Shown here: one piece after another, positions 26,891-39,019 of the stretch
Position numbering within the stretch: position 1 is the stretch's first letter
How the letters are laid out: the number at the start of each line of letters is the position of its first letter
Assembly (NCBI GenBank): GCA_964658305.1
Contig: OZ210885.1
Span: 6,820,001 to 6,884,000, forward strand
DNA from: Leptogorgia sarmentosa
Taxonomy: Eukaryota
DNA: 64,000 nt
Direction of reading: 5' to 3'
Position numbers and translations under genes: made by a program
The notes under the pieces: model-generated
The model's database searches: none
What the model saw: only the letters and a program-made list of their open reading frames with translations
Told to the model about the DNA's origin: nothing

Positions 26891-27659
26891 GTTTTTATTT
26901 AATTTTTTGCGGCATTTTGCGCCAATTCATTTCCGGTGTTCAGAGGCGAGATAAATTTCCCATATGAAAGCGGGTCGTATGTAATTACGTAATGTTCATA
27001 CGTATGATATGAACAGGGCCTCAGTGGGTTTCCAACGTTATGGTTGCCATCTTGGCATTCTTTGTAGCCATGGCTATGCGGGACACCGCTGCTTATAGAA
27101 CGGGGGCTCCTTTGACAAAAATGGCGCTTATATTTTTAATTTATTTACAATACGAATGTGGTCTTCAATCGCCTTGCAGGGAAGGATTTTATTATTAACC
27201 TTTAAAGGCTTATCAGCTAATTAATTACAAAATGTTCCAAACTTGGTGAGGAATGTTGGAAATCTGGTGAGATTTGCATTTTTAGTAGGTTTAATGTCCA
27301 GAAATATGCGGTTAGCAACGCATGTTTTTATTTTCGATCCAGTTTACGCAACAATAGTAAAGTATTTTTGAAGATTCAAGTTTGAATATTTTAGAATACT
27401 TCATTGACAATATATTTGTAGTTAAAAGCTTTCGTGGATATCCGCATAACATGCCCTGCAAAGCGGTCATAAAAGTGCCATTTTTCTGTCACTATATTTC
27501 CACGAATAACTGGTCTTGTAGGTTTTTCATCAACAAAATATGTACTATCCTCCTTTTTAGTGCAAAGTTCCAAAGAAACTTTGCAGTATTGTGATGAGTG
27601 GGGAAAATTCACATCAGTCATCGAGTAATCGAGTCATCGAGTAATCGAGTCATTCAGTC

Positions 27660-28960
27660 ATAGTGTAAACTCCGGGGGGAGTGTCCCAATTTCTCTTGAT
27701 GTACGAAACTCCGTAGTGTACCGATGTCCTTTCAATTTTTAAGCAAAAATTATCCAATTGTAACGTTATACTATTGTTCATCATTGTTTGCAGCTATTTG
27801 TATGGATAAGAAATTTAACTGGGGAAGTAATGTAATCTAAAATGCCTCGAGTTATAGTACACAATGCCGCAAAGCCCCTCCGGAATTTGGATTTTTGCGA
27901 AAATTGCAAGCTCAGCACGTGTTCGTGGGATGAAATATTTGTGTAATACAATATGGCGGACGCTAAGGAGTGCGACATTGAATCAGTAATGTGGCCAAGT
28001 TTCAACAATGTTTGAGCATGTTGCCAAAGCGGTTAAAATGTTATTTGAATATCTGCGATGAATCTAGAAAACAAGTATGGGTTGTCATGAACAAAAATAG
28101 CCATAGCCCATACTATCAACTGCTGCCGTGGATATTATAAATCTGCATACATTTTTAGTTTGCCGTATTTGCCTTGAGGGTACACTTGATGCAGTAACAC
28201 AGTAAACTCGTCGCAACAAGAAAACCATAATTTTAAATCTTATTTAGTTCATACGATTGATATATAATGGTCGATATATTCGCTTCACGCATTTATTTGA
28301 ACGTGTTTGTTCCATTTGTTCTCGCCATAGTCCCAGCCTAGCTGTTATGGAAATATTCGCATTCATGTACTCCGAATGTAAAAGAATAATTTACTACAAT
28401 CAAATTCAGCCAGTTGCTCGCTTTTGCCTTGTAATATATTTTAGTCGACTGAATAGACGACATGATTCATGATCATACTGATAGAAAATAGTCAACAGGA
28501 CAACAGCTTCAGTAAGCTTGGGTTGCTTGTCTAGATTGTTTACATGATAACTATATATGTAGGCGAAGAAAAGTAAATTTAACGTTGGCCTAAAATTGTG
28601 ATAGACTGAATTTCTATTACTACGCAGAGGTAACCTACAGGTTATACATTTGTTGAGTACTGTATAATCGCCCGTTCATTGTTACACTCCGTTTCATTAT
28701 TATACCGTGAGGGTCAGAGGTCAGAGATTCGACAAAATAATGTGGAGCACGCGAAATTTGAACGTGCGGATTTCCTTTTTTGGCTATAAAATCTTTTAAA
28801 TTATTTTATTATACTACATCAAGCTTTTCTTTGAGCTGATGTTACATGGAATGATTTTTAACGGCAATTCGGATCACAACAGGGCCGAACAGGCCGCCAA
28901 GCGACATTAGCTTTAGCTCGATATCTTCGTAGAAACTTTGCACTATCCTTGGATTCCTAG
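27660..28960. repeat. Dispersed non-coding repeat, copy 1 (related copy at ~34235-35277)
   Basis: Collinear shared blocks CATAGTGTAAAC(T/C)CGGGGG, CCCTCCGGAATTT, AAAAGTAAATTTAACGTTGGCCT and TAGAAACTTTGCACTATCCTTGGAT. Confidence 0.6.
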
Positions 28961-29067
28961 TCTGGAACTTCTGGGCACAATATAAATATGGAAATGACGG
29001 AGAATTTCATGAATATGCAAGCAAATAACGACTTAGCATCAGAAGCTGTATACGGTATTTATATGTA

Positions 29068-31356
29068 TTAAGGACTTATTAACCGAGTGCGAGGTCTGTA
29101 CGGGAAAGTATTGCCTGAGGGTTTTCGTACAGACCGAGCGACGAAGGAGCGAGGTCTGTGCGTTAAAAACCGAAGGCAATACTTTCCCGTACAGACCGAG
29201 CAAACGAGGTTAATAAGGGATTTATTATATGGCTTTGTTCGATCGCAATTTGTTCTGACATTGTAGAAAGAACTAGAAAACACTTTCGCTGCTAAAACGT
29301 TCAGCCGTATACAGTGCGACCCACGGTATTAGTTTGGTATGATATTAGTACATTGTACATTACATATGAGGAAAATTAAACATAATAAAGGTGAATTTTG
29401 TTTGGTTCATGGTAGAAATAATATTGCAATGATTACATTTCATATTAGTCACGTGACAACAAAATCCAGGTGTTCCTCCATAAAAGAGGTAGTCCACGCT
29501 ATTAGTTTCATAAATCGCCGAGCAATATGAGAAGTAGAAAAGACCTAACCTGAGCCAAGAAAGCCATTATTATGAAAGAAATAGCAAAAACCAACACTAC
29601 AAAAGCAATTTTTGAAAGATTTGATGGTCATGTTGTGACAATGACAAGATTTTTGCAAAATCCATTCTTCAAGTGGAAATTTCATGCTGATCGAAGCTAT
29701 TAAAGCCAATTTCAAAGCAGGATACGAGTTGAGCAACGAGTAATTTGCGTAAAATGCTTCCAGCAGCAAGTGGAAAATTTTCCAAGAAAGCTGGTCTGGT
29801 CAATGTTGCAAAAACCACTCGCAATCGTGGACCTGCCAAGATGGGTTCCATCTAGATGATATAAACATGACGCTTTATTATCCACCACAAGTTCTCAATT
29901 GGGTTCAAATTTGGCGAGTTTAGTTGCCAAACCATTACGATTTTGTTCACAAAACCAAACGACTGAAGGGATTCTGTTGTTGTCTTTGCTGCATATGACA
30001 TGCTTTAAGGTAATCTTCTTCAATGTTGCTAAAGGAAGTTTATCCAACCGTGACTCAAGGGATTTCTTCAGGTAAGGGCAATACGTAGCAGAAGACAACT
30101 TCTGACCTTCAGGTACACGGAAGGGACCAATGAGTGCATCTGTGATGCTTCCACTACTGTTCATAATCCTCCAACACCATGTTGGCGTCTCATCCCCTTA
30201 GCGCATTCTTCATTCCATCCTTTACTCCAGTCATCTGGACCATCCAGTGTCGGCCTTCATTCGTCAGTGAAAAGAACAAACATTGTGTTCGTCCTCATAT
30301 ATTTTCTCGCCCATTCCATCCTCAATTGATCGTGTCTAGCAGTGAAAGGTCAACAATTCTTCATTTACTCCATGGAACCTGTCTTCGCAGGTCCACGATT
30401 GGGAGTGGTTTTTGGAACATCGAGAGGACCAACTATCTTGGAAAATTTTCCAGTTGCTGTTGGAGGCATTTTACGCAACTTACTCGTTGCTCAACTCGTA
30501 TCCTGCTTTGAAATTGGCTTTAATAGCTTCGATCAGCATGAAATTTCCACTTGAAGAATGGATTTTGCAAAAATCTTGTCATTGTCACAACATGACCATC
30601 AAATCTTTCAAAAATTGCTTTTGTAGTGTTGGTTTTTGCTATTTCTTTCATAATAATGGCTTTCTTGGCCAAGGTCAGGTGTTTTCTACTTCCCACATTG
30701 CTCGGCAATTTATGAAACTAATAGCGTGGACCACCTTTGTAATGGAGGAACACCTGGATTTTGTTGTCACGTGACTAGCATGAAATGTAATCATTGCAAT
30801 ATTGTTTCTACCACGAACCAAACAAAATTCACCCGTATTATGTTTAATCCTCCAAACATGTAATCTACAATGCACTAATATCGTACCAAACTAATACCGT
30901 GGGTCGCACTGTACACTGGCATACTGAATGGCGGTTTCTGGCCGTTCACTGCTGTACAACAACAAAACAATAAAAATACAACAAAGGAAAAAATTGAATA
31001 AAAAAATATAATGTAAATGTCGTGATAAACAACAAATGTTCGACGCGAAATGAAGCCATTTAAGTGCTGTGAAAACAATGTTCGCAACAGTTTTCGAACT
31101 GTTGTTTTGTTCGCCGTTATTTTCACTTTAAAACTCAGCATTTTGGATCGTGTGTTTTTCTGGGACAGCAAAATTCAATCGGGGAGTGTTCTTCAACGTC
31201 ACCGTACGGCATAATAAGATTTAGTTTCCTTAAAAATTTAATTTGTATAATAGTTTCACGAGCGGGCAAGATGACTTTCCTGAGCGGGCAAGATGACTTT
31301 TTCCGGACCGCTAATCAACCAATCAGCGTGCGCCATTTATGTCAGCCATATAATAA
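29068..31356. mobile_element. Non-autonomous Crypton-V-like element
   Basis: 5' hairpin (29077-29216), then TTATTATATGGCT (29222-29234) inverted to terminal AGCCATATAATAA (31344-31356); GAGCGGGCAAGATG repeats. The family assignment is from recalled similarity to coral repeats and was not searched. Confidence 0.55.
29312..30911 (-). mobile_element. Tc1/mariner derivative with ~540-bp inverted repeats
   Basis: Ends CAGTGCGACCCACGGTATTAGTTTGGTA with TA TSDs; NSPNLNPIENLW (Tc1 SPDLNPIE motif) at ~29885-29920; 29312-29850 is the inverted copy of ~30372-30911. Confidence 0.85.
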
Positions 31357-31392
31357 AAATTCTTATTGTAGCGAATGTGTCCTAAAGCCCGT

Positions 31393-32156
31393 GCTCCGGT
31401 GCATCTTTTTGCCGCGAAGGTTTTGAATTCATTACAATTTGTCAATTTCACTTCCAAAATGGTTGCCTTATACAAAATATTTTTGTTTGCATTGACTGCT
31501 GCAAGCGTGCTGCAAATAATGTCGTGTTTGTATGCCCTAAATATCCAACATTATACGATACGAAGACATCTTCGACAGCGGAGCGGCGTAGGCCCCTATT
31601 ACACTATACCGGATTACTTTTCGTTCTGGATCAATTTTGACACGGATGAAAAAAATGGCAGGGATTACACTACGCCGCTGCGCTGTCGAAGACGTCTTCG
31701 TATCGTATAATGTTGGATATTTAGGGCATACAAACACGACATTATTTGCAGCACGCTTGCAGCAGTCAATACAAACATAAAAATATTTTGTATAAGGCAA
31801 CCATTTTGGAAGTGAAATTGACAAATTGTAATGAATTCAAAACCTTCGCGGCAAAAAGATGCACCGGAGCGTACCGGATTTGGTGATTACACTTGGCTTT
31901 TCCCGGTACGGCATGCACATACCGGATTACCTACTTTTCGTATCACGAACGAAGCGGAGTGATTTTTGCTCCGCCGCACGTACCGGATTACAGTGGCGTA
32001 GTGTAATCAACAGCCCAATCCGATATAAAAATCGCTCCGCTCCGATGCAATCCGGTATAGTGTAATAGGGGCCGAAGTGTAATCGCCGCCATTTTTTTCA
32101 TCGGTGTCAAAATTGATCCGGAACGAAAAGTAATCCGGTATAGTGTAATAGGGGCC
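31393..32156. mobile_element. Nested/rearranged Harbinger-type MITE complex
   Basis: TIR GGCCCCTATTACACTATACCGGATT at 31591, inverted copies ending at 32073 and 32156; overlapping ~190-bp inverted repeat 31393-31580 vs 31681-31870. Confidence 0.7.
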
Positions 32157-34042
32157 TAATTCTCTTCTCTACGGTGCTGTAAGACGGTTTTTCACTGGCG
32201 TTTCATTCCGTCAATCTACATTTCTCCTAGTCGAAATACAGTAATAGCGAGGTTCAGATCTGACTTCCGCTATCAGACCATAAACCAATCAGATAAGTCT
32301 ATCCGGTTAACCAATCAAATGTGCAATAGTGGTAGTGGAATTCAAATGTGAACCTCGCTGATATGACGCTCATAGGCGATGAACAAGGCACAACTTACTG
32401 TATCTCGTTCTTTCTTTGCATTTTTAAAAGAAAAAAGGAGGAGGAGGAGGAGGTTTCCAATTTAAGCGCGCAACTCAACGATAAAGATATAGGTAAGGAT
32501 ATGAAATTGTCATGGAATATGGCGGCGTTGGTATATGGCTATGGAAAGTTTGTTTTAGACTTCTTTACACAACCGCTGGTGGTAAAAAGTGACGGCAAAA
32601 TTTGATTGGGTTTACACTGTCCCGTTTGACCAAAAACTATTAGTATGAAGTGCAGCGAAATATCAACGGCGACAGTGTTTAAACAACGCCATGTGCCACT
32701 CCGTTTTCACCCGACCACGTTTAGAAAGTGTGGTCGTACCACCACGACAAACAAAAGTGACGTTTTTTAACAAATCCGCTTATACAGTACAACCTGTAGT
32801 CGCTGCTTCTGTGATGTATTTACAACATTCTAGCGCTGTATCTAATGAATTTTTTTTAAATAGGCACAAGTTTTGCGAACGAATACAATCAAGTTTCGTA
32901 AGTATATGGTCACCTGTACTATATATGTCGCTTTTTATTCTGCCAGGCTATGGGCCGTAAGATCAGATGAATCTAAAACACAATTATGATTTTGCCGTGC
33001 AAAAAATCTCTCAATTTCAGATCAGCGCAACTTTTAAAGCTTGAAAATGAAAACCATCGATTAAAAGTCACGATCGCCGAATTAAAACAAAATACACTGA
33101 CAGTTGTGTCACAGGTACGGTGAAATGAGTGTTTTTTTAGCCTCGTAGCCAGGCCGGGTGCTTTTTTAGTTAAAGCAAAAATGCCAATTATCCCTGCATA
33201 TATATAGATCAGTTACGCGTTTGTTCTTGACTAATGAGTGCATTTGTTTACCTTTAGTGTTAAGTCAATCAGAACGCGTACATTCATTTAGGGACAACAC
33301 AAAATGAGAAAAAAACCTTTAATAGTTAAAATTGAAATTTAACAAAACGCCCCCAAAAGTTGTTTACATTATCATTTCTTTGTCGTAACACTGGCGCTGA
33401 CTACTGCACTGTTCTTCAGAAATAATCCTACATGCTTTGCGATCTCCTTTAGGAAGTGGCCGATTTTAATTACTATACTATTTCACAGGAGGAACTACAT
33501 AGTACAGAACATGTCGAAGTCACTTCTTCCAAGGAACTTAGCGTTGTTCGCAAAATCCTCTTTTTGTCTGAGTTTCTCTCTAACAACGTTTCTGAATCAT
33601 TATCCGCCATGGAGCAGGAAAACAATGAACTACAGGACAGGTAGGGACATTTAGGGTCTTCAAGAAGTGACCAGCGACGAGCACTGAAAGGGGTGGCATG
33701 GGGGGTGAAGTTTAAAGAATCGCGTTTTTTATTTTTTTTTATTTAATTTATAACAATATTTCAGTAGGAAACTCCACTCACAACTAGGTGATTTACAGAG
33801 AGGTCCTACAATAACAGCTAAAATTACAAAAGTGCATATTTATATATAAAAAACCCCATAAAATCTAAAAAGCTACTAAGAGAAGAAGTTTTCGGTTTAT
33901 GTGGATTGATTGAGTACTTATAATGTAGAAGAAACGAAAATATTTTGTAATTTGAATTTTCAAAACCCGGGGGGGGAGTGATTTTTTCAACAGATATAAA
34001 ATATATTGCCCACGAAATTTAAAGACTCAAAAGCAATTTTGA

Positions 34043-35277
34043 GTTGATGGACGGAAACTTTGTCAGGTTTCTATTTCTGTTCAAAATTTCAGAAAAAAAT
34101 CTTGAGTTTAAGCCCTTCAAAACGCCGCGCAAACTTTCATTTTTTGGAATAATTCGCCTTTTGCGTGTCTAATTGCCAAATTTGCATATGCAAATAAGAT
34201 ACGAGCATATGTATGTTGCATAGCGATTTATTCATAGTGTAAACTTCGGGGGGAGAGTCCCAACTCCCAAATTCTCCTGACATGCGAAACTCTGTATTTG
34301 ACTGATATCCGTACAATGTCTGAACAAAAACGATTCGATTGCAGTTATATATCATTGCTCATCTTTATTTGTAGTTCTTCTCGTCGATATGAAAGTTAGT
34401 TAGATAAGAAATGTGATCAAAGAAGCGCACAAATACAGTACACAATGGCGGAGGCCCCTCCGGAATTTAAGTTTTTATAATATAATGTGGCGAACATGTC
34501 TGAATACGTTGATAAAGCAGTTAAAATGTTCTTTATATATCAGCAATGAATCTAGAGATTTGAATTTATTATCATTGTTAGTAGAAAACTTGTATTTGGC
34601 TCGTCATACACAATTTAAAATAGCTACTGTTAACTGCCGCCGTGCGTATTATATTAAAACATTTAGAGGCTGTTTATATGATCGCGCTTACCCGGGATTT
34701 AATGAAGCGTTAAATGATTTTGAAGTATTGAAATGAGTCATAGTTTATGATTCGCAGACAGTGTTGAATTGCTGATTGCTTAAGATTTTGTTCTGTTAAA
34801 ATGTCAAACAGATAAAATGTTGTTCGGCATTGAACTTTGTTAAAATATATCTTTTCTATTGATCAGTACTATAGAAGTGACCTAACTTTGGTTGTTTCGA
34901 CAAAAGTAAATTTAACGTTGGCCTGATACTGTGAATAAACTCGATATTTTATTACGACGCAGAAGTATCAGTACGATGTGTATGTATTTTAAAACGGTCA
35001 GATGTCAGAGATTTATCTGATTTGCTTTTAACACGCGCGCTGCTGCGACTGCCAGTTGCTTTCTGACAATAAAATAGTGATTATTTTCAAAATATGATTT
35101 TAATGTCTTCTTAGGCCCGTTTCAAACGTGGAATTTTGGTCTCATCGAATGCAATTCAAACATTAATGGATGAGATGACTAACTTTATTATCCATTGTTT
35201 GAATTGCATTCGATGCGACCAAAATTCGACGTATGAAACGGGCCTTAGAAACTTTGCACTATCCTTGGATCCCTAGT
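34043..35277. repeat. Dispersed repeat, copy 2; the first ~85 bp also recur at 20105-20190
   Basis: AGTTGATGGACGGAAACTTTGTCAGG...GCCCTTCAAAACGCC shared with 20105; downstream blocks shared with 27660-28960. Confidence 0.6.
35114..35244. mobile_element. 131-bp Harbinger/Tourist-type MITE
   Basis: ~48-bp TIRs GGCCCGTTTCA(A/T)ACGT...GCAATTCAAACA; TTA TSD on both sides. Confidence 0.88.
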
Positions 35278-35309
35278 TGTCACACTGTATGAGATGGATT
35301 CTCATTGTC

Positions 35310-35700
35310 TTCTTCAACAAATCTTGCAACAATTTTCATCGTAACCATTTCCCATGAGGAATCCTTTTCGCAATCGGGTATATTTTGCTGCGTGCTTGTC
35401 AATATCTTCGTCAGAATCATCAGAAATTTGCTGCGAGACTGCTTTTTCAGACGTTTGGTCTGTGGATGAAGATGGCAGGATAACATGCTTGTGTACCCAT
35501 AGCTTTGCTGTTTTTCTCGCATACAGGCCACATATAGGATTCGCCATCGTCACAATTGCTATAATGGCCACCTTCGTCTAAAGATTTTAAATGATCAAGC
35601 CCAACGCATTTTGGATGATAGTACATTAGACAGCCAGCAGATCCGAAAATACACACCCTCTTGTTGGCATAGACAATACATGCTGGTCTCACTGCTATTT
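35310..35700 (-). pseudogene. Cys/His-rich PHD-like finger fragment
   Basis: CI......C....GC..YYHPKCVG....C pattern, followed by an acidic stretch and CCKIC; frameshifted. Confidence 0.4.
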
Positions 35701-36529
35701 GGAGTGAACACTTGATATGTGCCTTGCTCTATTCGATTTATGTGTGCAGACTTGCGGACATTCCTCATTTTTTAACTCTTTTTTTGTCGTTTATTATTTT
35801 TGTGCTGTAATAAATCATTGCTTATTTCATGTTGTCCAAGCATAGCTTCAGACCTAGATTGATTTCTTGTTACTGAATTTTCAGGGTTTTTTTCGTCGAT
35901 TAGTTCAGGGAATTCGTCCGGATCACCCACGCGACTGATAGTTGCCGTCGCAAATTATTCACATTTTCTTACCCACTTTTTTGACACAGTCTTACTTCTT
36001 TGTGCTGAAATTTTTGAACGGAGAGCCTGCATGTAGAAATTAGACCAAGTGCAAAACTTAGTGATGATACCTTTTAAAAGCAGTTGTGCACTAAGCAATG
36101 GTCATTGATGTCATGATGTGCTAAAGCACTAAGTCTACAAAGTTGCACAATCGGTTAACTACATACTGGTTTATACAGTAAATATATGAAATGTCTATAC
36201 AATACTTGCCCCAAAAATGTCTCTCTTATCAATAAATCTTGTAAAATATTATACTTATATTATACAAATTTTCCCCTCCAATGACCATCCCTAAAAGCAA
36301 CCCTTCTGAACACTATAAGCACTTCAGAAAAGCTGTTGCTTTTATTTTTTGGAAGTTAGAGGTGTGTCAACACTGCCATTTTAGGGCGGGGTCATTTTGA
36401 GCACTTTTGTCCTGGATTCAGGTTTTGGCACATATGCCATGTTGACCGGCATGGTCAATTTACCCTAAAACAGTTGAGATTATCTCTCCTAAATGAAGTT
36501 CAAACAAACTCATATACAGGTCGTAGACT

Positions 36530-36715
36530 ATGAGCTTTTTCCAATACGAGGTTGGCCGCCATATGTGTCACTACGAGTTCCAAATGCGGTATGGTCAGGT
36601 TTCTCTTTGCTATATGGGACTTACAGCATACAAGACCCTGTGTTGTGCCACTTGCCAGCTCTATCACAGCGTACACCGCGGCTGCTACCCCGTCTTTGCT
36701 TGCATCACCCAAGGC
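36530..36715 (-). pseudogene. BEL/Pao LTR retrotransposon RNase H (A17) fragment
   Basis: GDASKDGVAAAVY......LVCCKSHIA...LTIPHLEL. Confidence 0.8.
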
Positions 36716-36949
36716 ATGAAGATGGAGTGTCGTATTTCTTTATTAACTTCTGAATAGCATTCCACGGTGATGCTATTCTATTCAGGCTTTTAACCTTATG
36801 AATAATGCATGCTTAGAAGAGTTGTGCTCGAGGTTTTATACCAATGGTGATGACCTAATTTTCTATTAAGTTCGTGGGCGCTAAACCATTCGCTTAAGCA
36901 TGCAAGGTTAACCAAGGTCTTAGAGTATATCATAAAAGGTATCATGTAA

Positions 36950-37055
36950 CAGCACCGCCAGTCAACTTCTTCACTGCATCTAACAGCAGTTCGATACGCG
37001 TTTATCGAGATCCCACTGTTGCAAGTCCGGTGTTGCCATCTTTCGCACAAATGCA
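36950..37055 (-). pseudogene. PHD-finger fragment
   Basis: CERWQHRTCNSGIS...Y......DWRC. Confidence 0.55.
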
Positions 37056-38179
37056 GTTATCTTCAGCAGACATCTTCAGTAAATAGAACGGTGAATACAA
37101 CTGTAGCGCAGCAGTGGTGAATGTTCAAGTGAAGATACTGTATACTTGTAATCCATTTTATACAATTGTGTTTGGCCATTGATGATAATGACTGCGCAAG
37201 AACAATGACATGGTATCATCATTGTATCACAATAACATCCGGATGACTCATACATGCTTGTGTTCAAGTGTTGTTTTTGATATTTTTAAATGTTTTGTCC
37301 CAAAAATATAGTACGTTAGCAATATATCTCAAGGCAATATATCTCATACATGCGTATTTGATTGGGTAATGAATGGAAGTTGCACATCAATCGCAAATTT
37401 ATACATGGACATTTTTGAGGGGTGATCACCGCCATAATAAAACATGTATATTATGCAATTATCGAAAGCATTTCATTTTGATGCATTACATTTTGTTATA
37501 TCTTGCGTTGCATTTAGCCCGACAAATTCGGTACACTGCATTGTGCACTTGAATCCGGTATTTCATTCTGACACAGTCGTATTTCGATATTCGATTTTTT
37601 ATTTCGTTATGCTGACGTAACCTTATGCATGACCACTGAGATAAAGAATTACTGGAGAGAGTGCACGCCACCAAAAGGTGAAGCTGAAATAATGGCGGAT
37701 TTTTCCTTTTTCTGACGCCAGATCCACGCCATATGGTTCCTCCGGCTCATGGTATTGCCGCTGATCTGGCTCGTTTTTGAAGCAGGCTCAACATTCACAC
37801 CCCCTGGTTTTCCCGAAAATATAATAAATTTTTTGCACTTTTTTATTTTGGAGTTTTTATTTCTGGTTGTTTCGGTCTTGCTTTAAATCTTTTCGACAAA
37901 GATATGGAACTGTGTACACGAAATACAACAAGTGAAAATGTGAAGATCGTCCAATGTGCACTTTGCAAAAACATATGGCTTCAAAGGAAGTGTATGAACA
38001 CAAAAATATTTGCATAGCATCACCAAATTGTCAGGCTGGCTTTGTCACTGCTATTTTTAACATCACAATATAATGGAAATATGTTTTCAAATTGAGGGAA
38101 ATTTGATGATAACATTTATTAATATTTTATTGTTGATAATTTATTACAATAATTTAATACGTAATTATAAAAATATACT

Positions 38180-38815
38180 GCAAATTTGAAAAGTGTAACA
38201 TCTGAACGTTTTGAACCTTTCAACATTTCATTATTCAAATGTTACACTTTTCAAATTTACTGTTGGTAAATGTTACACTTTACAAATTTACAGTTGGTAA
38301 AACTATGAACTGGCCCAGCTTGAGATTTGCAAAAGCTGGGCCTTGTGGCCACGTTGGCCACATCTCCAACACTTTGATCCTGTTGGGAAAAAAAATTGTG
38401 GTCAGAAATAAATTGATTACACTACAATTACAGATTGTAAATAACAAAACACTACTAACTGTACAACATGAAAAATTTACAAGATACATATGTGTAGAAC
38501 AACGATCAGCACGATGGCCTCTATGGCCACAATTATAACACAGTCCTATGGTGGCCCAGGACTGCCAACAAAAGAAAATGTCAATTTAGCTTAAAGTTTA
38601 TTCAAATCTATGTCATTATTAAATAACATTATTAAATAATTTTCTTTTCTATTCAAATTCAATTCAATTCTTTTTAAAAAGTAAATATAGCCTAAAAAAA
38701 AGTAAAAAATAATTATCGTTAGCACCCTATTCCCTAGCTGAAAACCATTTTATACATCGCTGGTAACCAAGCTACATAGGCGCAGATACATGTACACTTT
38801 GTGTACCTATTTTTT
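38180..38815. repeat. Structured dispersed repeat, copy 2, ending in a hairpin motif shared with 12624-12660
   Basis: IR TTTGAAAAGTGTAACAT/ATGTTACACTTTTCAAA and TGGCCA block; identical 27-mer GCGCAGATACATGTACACTTTGTGTAC at 38780-38806 and 12624-12650. Confidence 0.6.
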
Positions 38816-39019
38816 TTTGAAAAGCTTTTATTTGCATGACCTATTTACAGGTATTGCTAAGCATATAAAGTATTACAATGGTATAACAAGGAAAGGGTTA
38901 GATGTAACAGAACAGAATTAGGGATTAGTAATATCATGTCTCTATAATGTCTCTATAATATAGTCTTTAGAGCATGTAAATCTATTATAAGTCATTTTAT
39001 ATATATATATATATATATA

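Larger units (their letters stand above)
23759..27020. mobile_element. Near full-length PIF/Harbinger element with convergent Myb/SANT-like and transposase genes (both decayed)
   Basis: TIRs GGCCCTGTT(G/C)ATAT at 23759 and inverted ending at 27020; canonical two-gene layout; TSD degenerate (ACA/TCA). Confidence 0.85.

Noticed and set aside
31375..32065. Short ORFs in the palindromic region
   Set aside because: They mirror each other across inverted repeats and are by-products of MITE structure.
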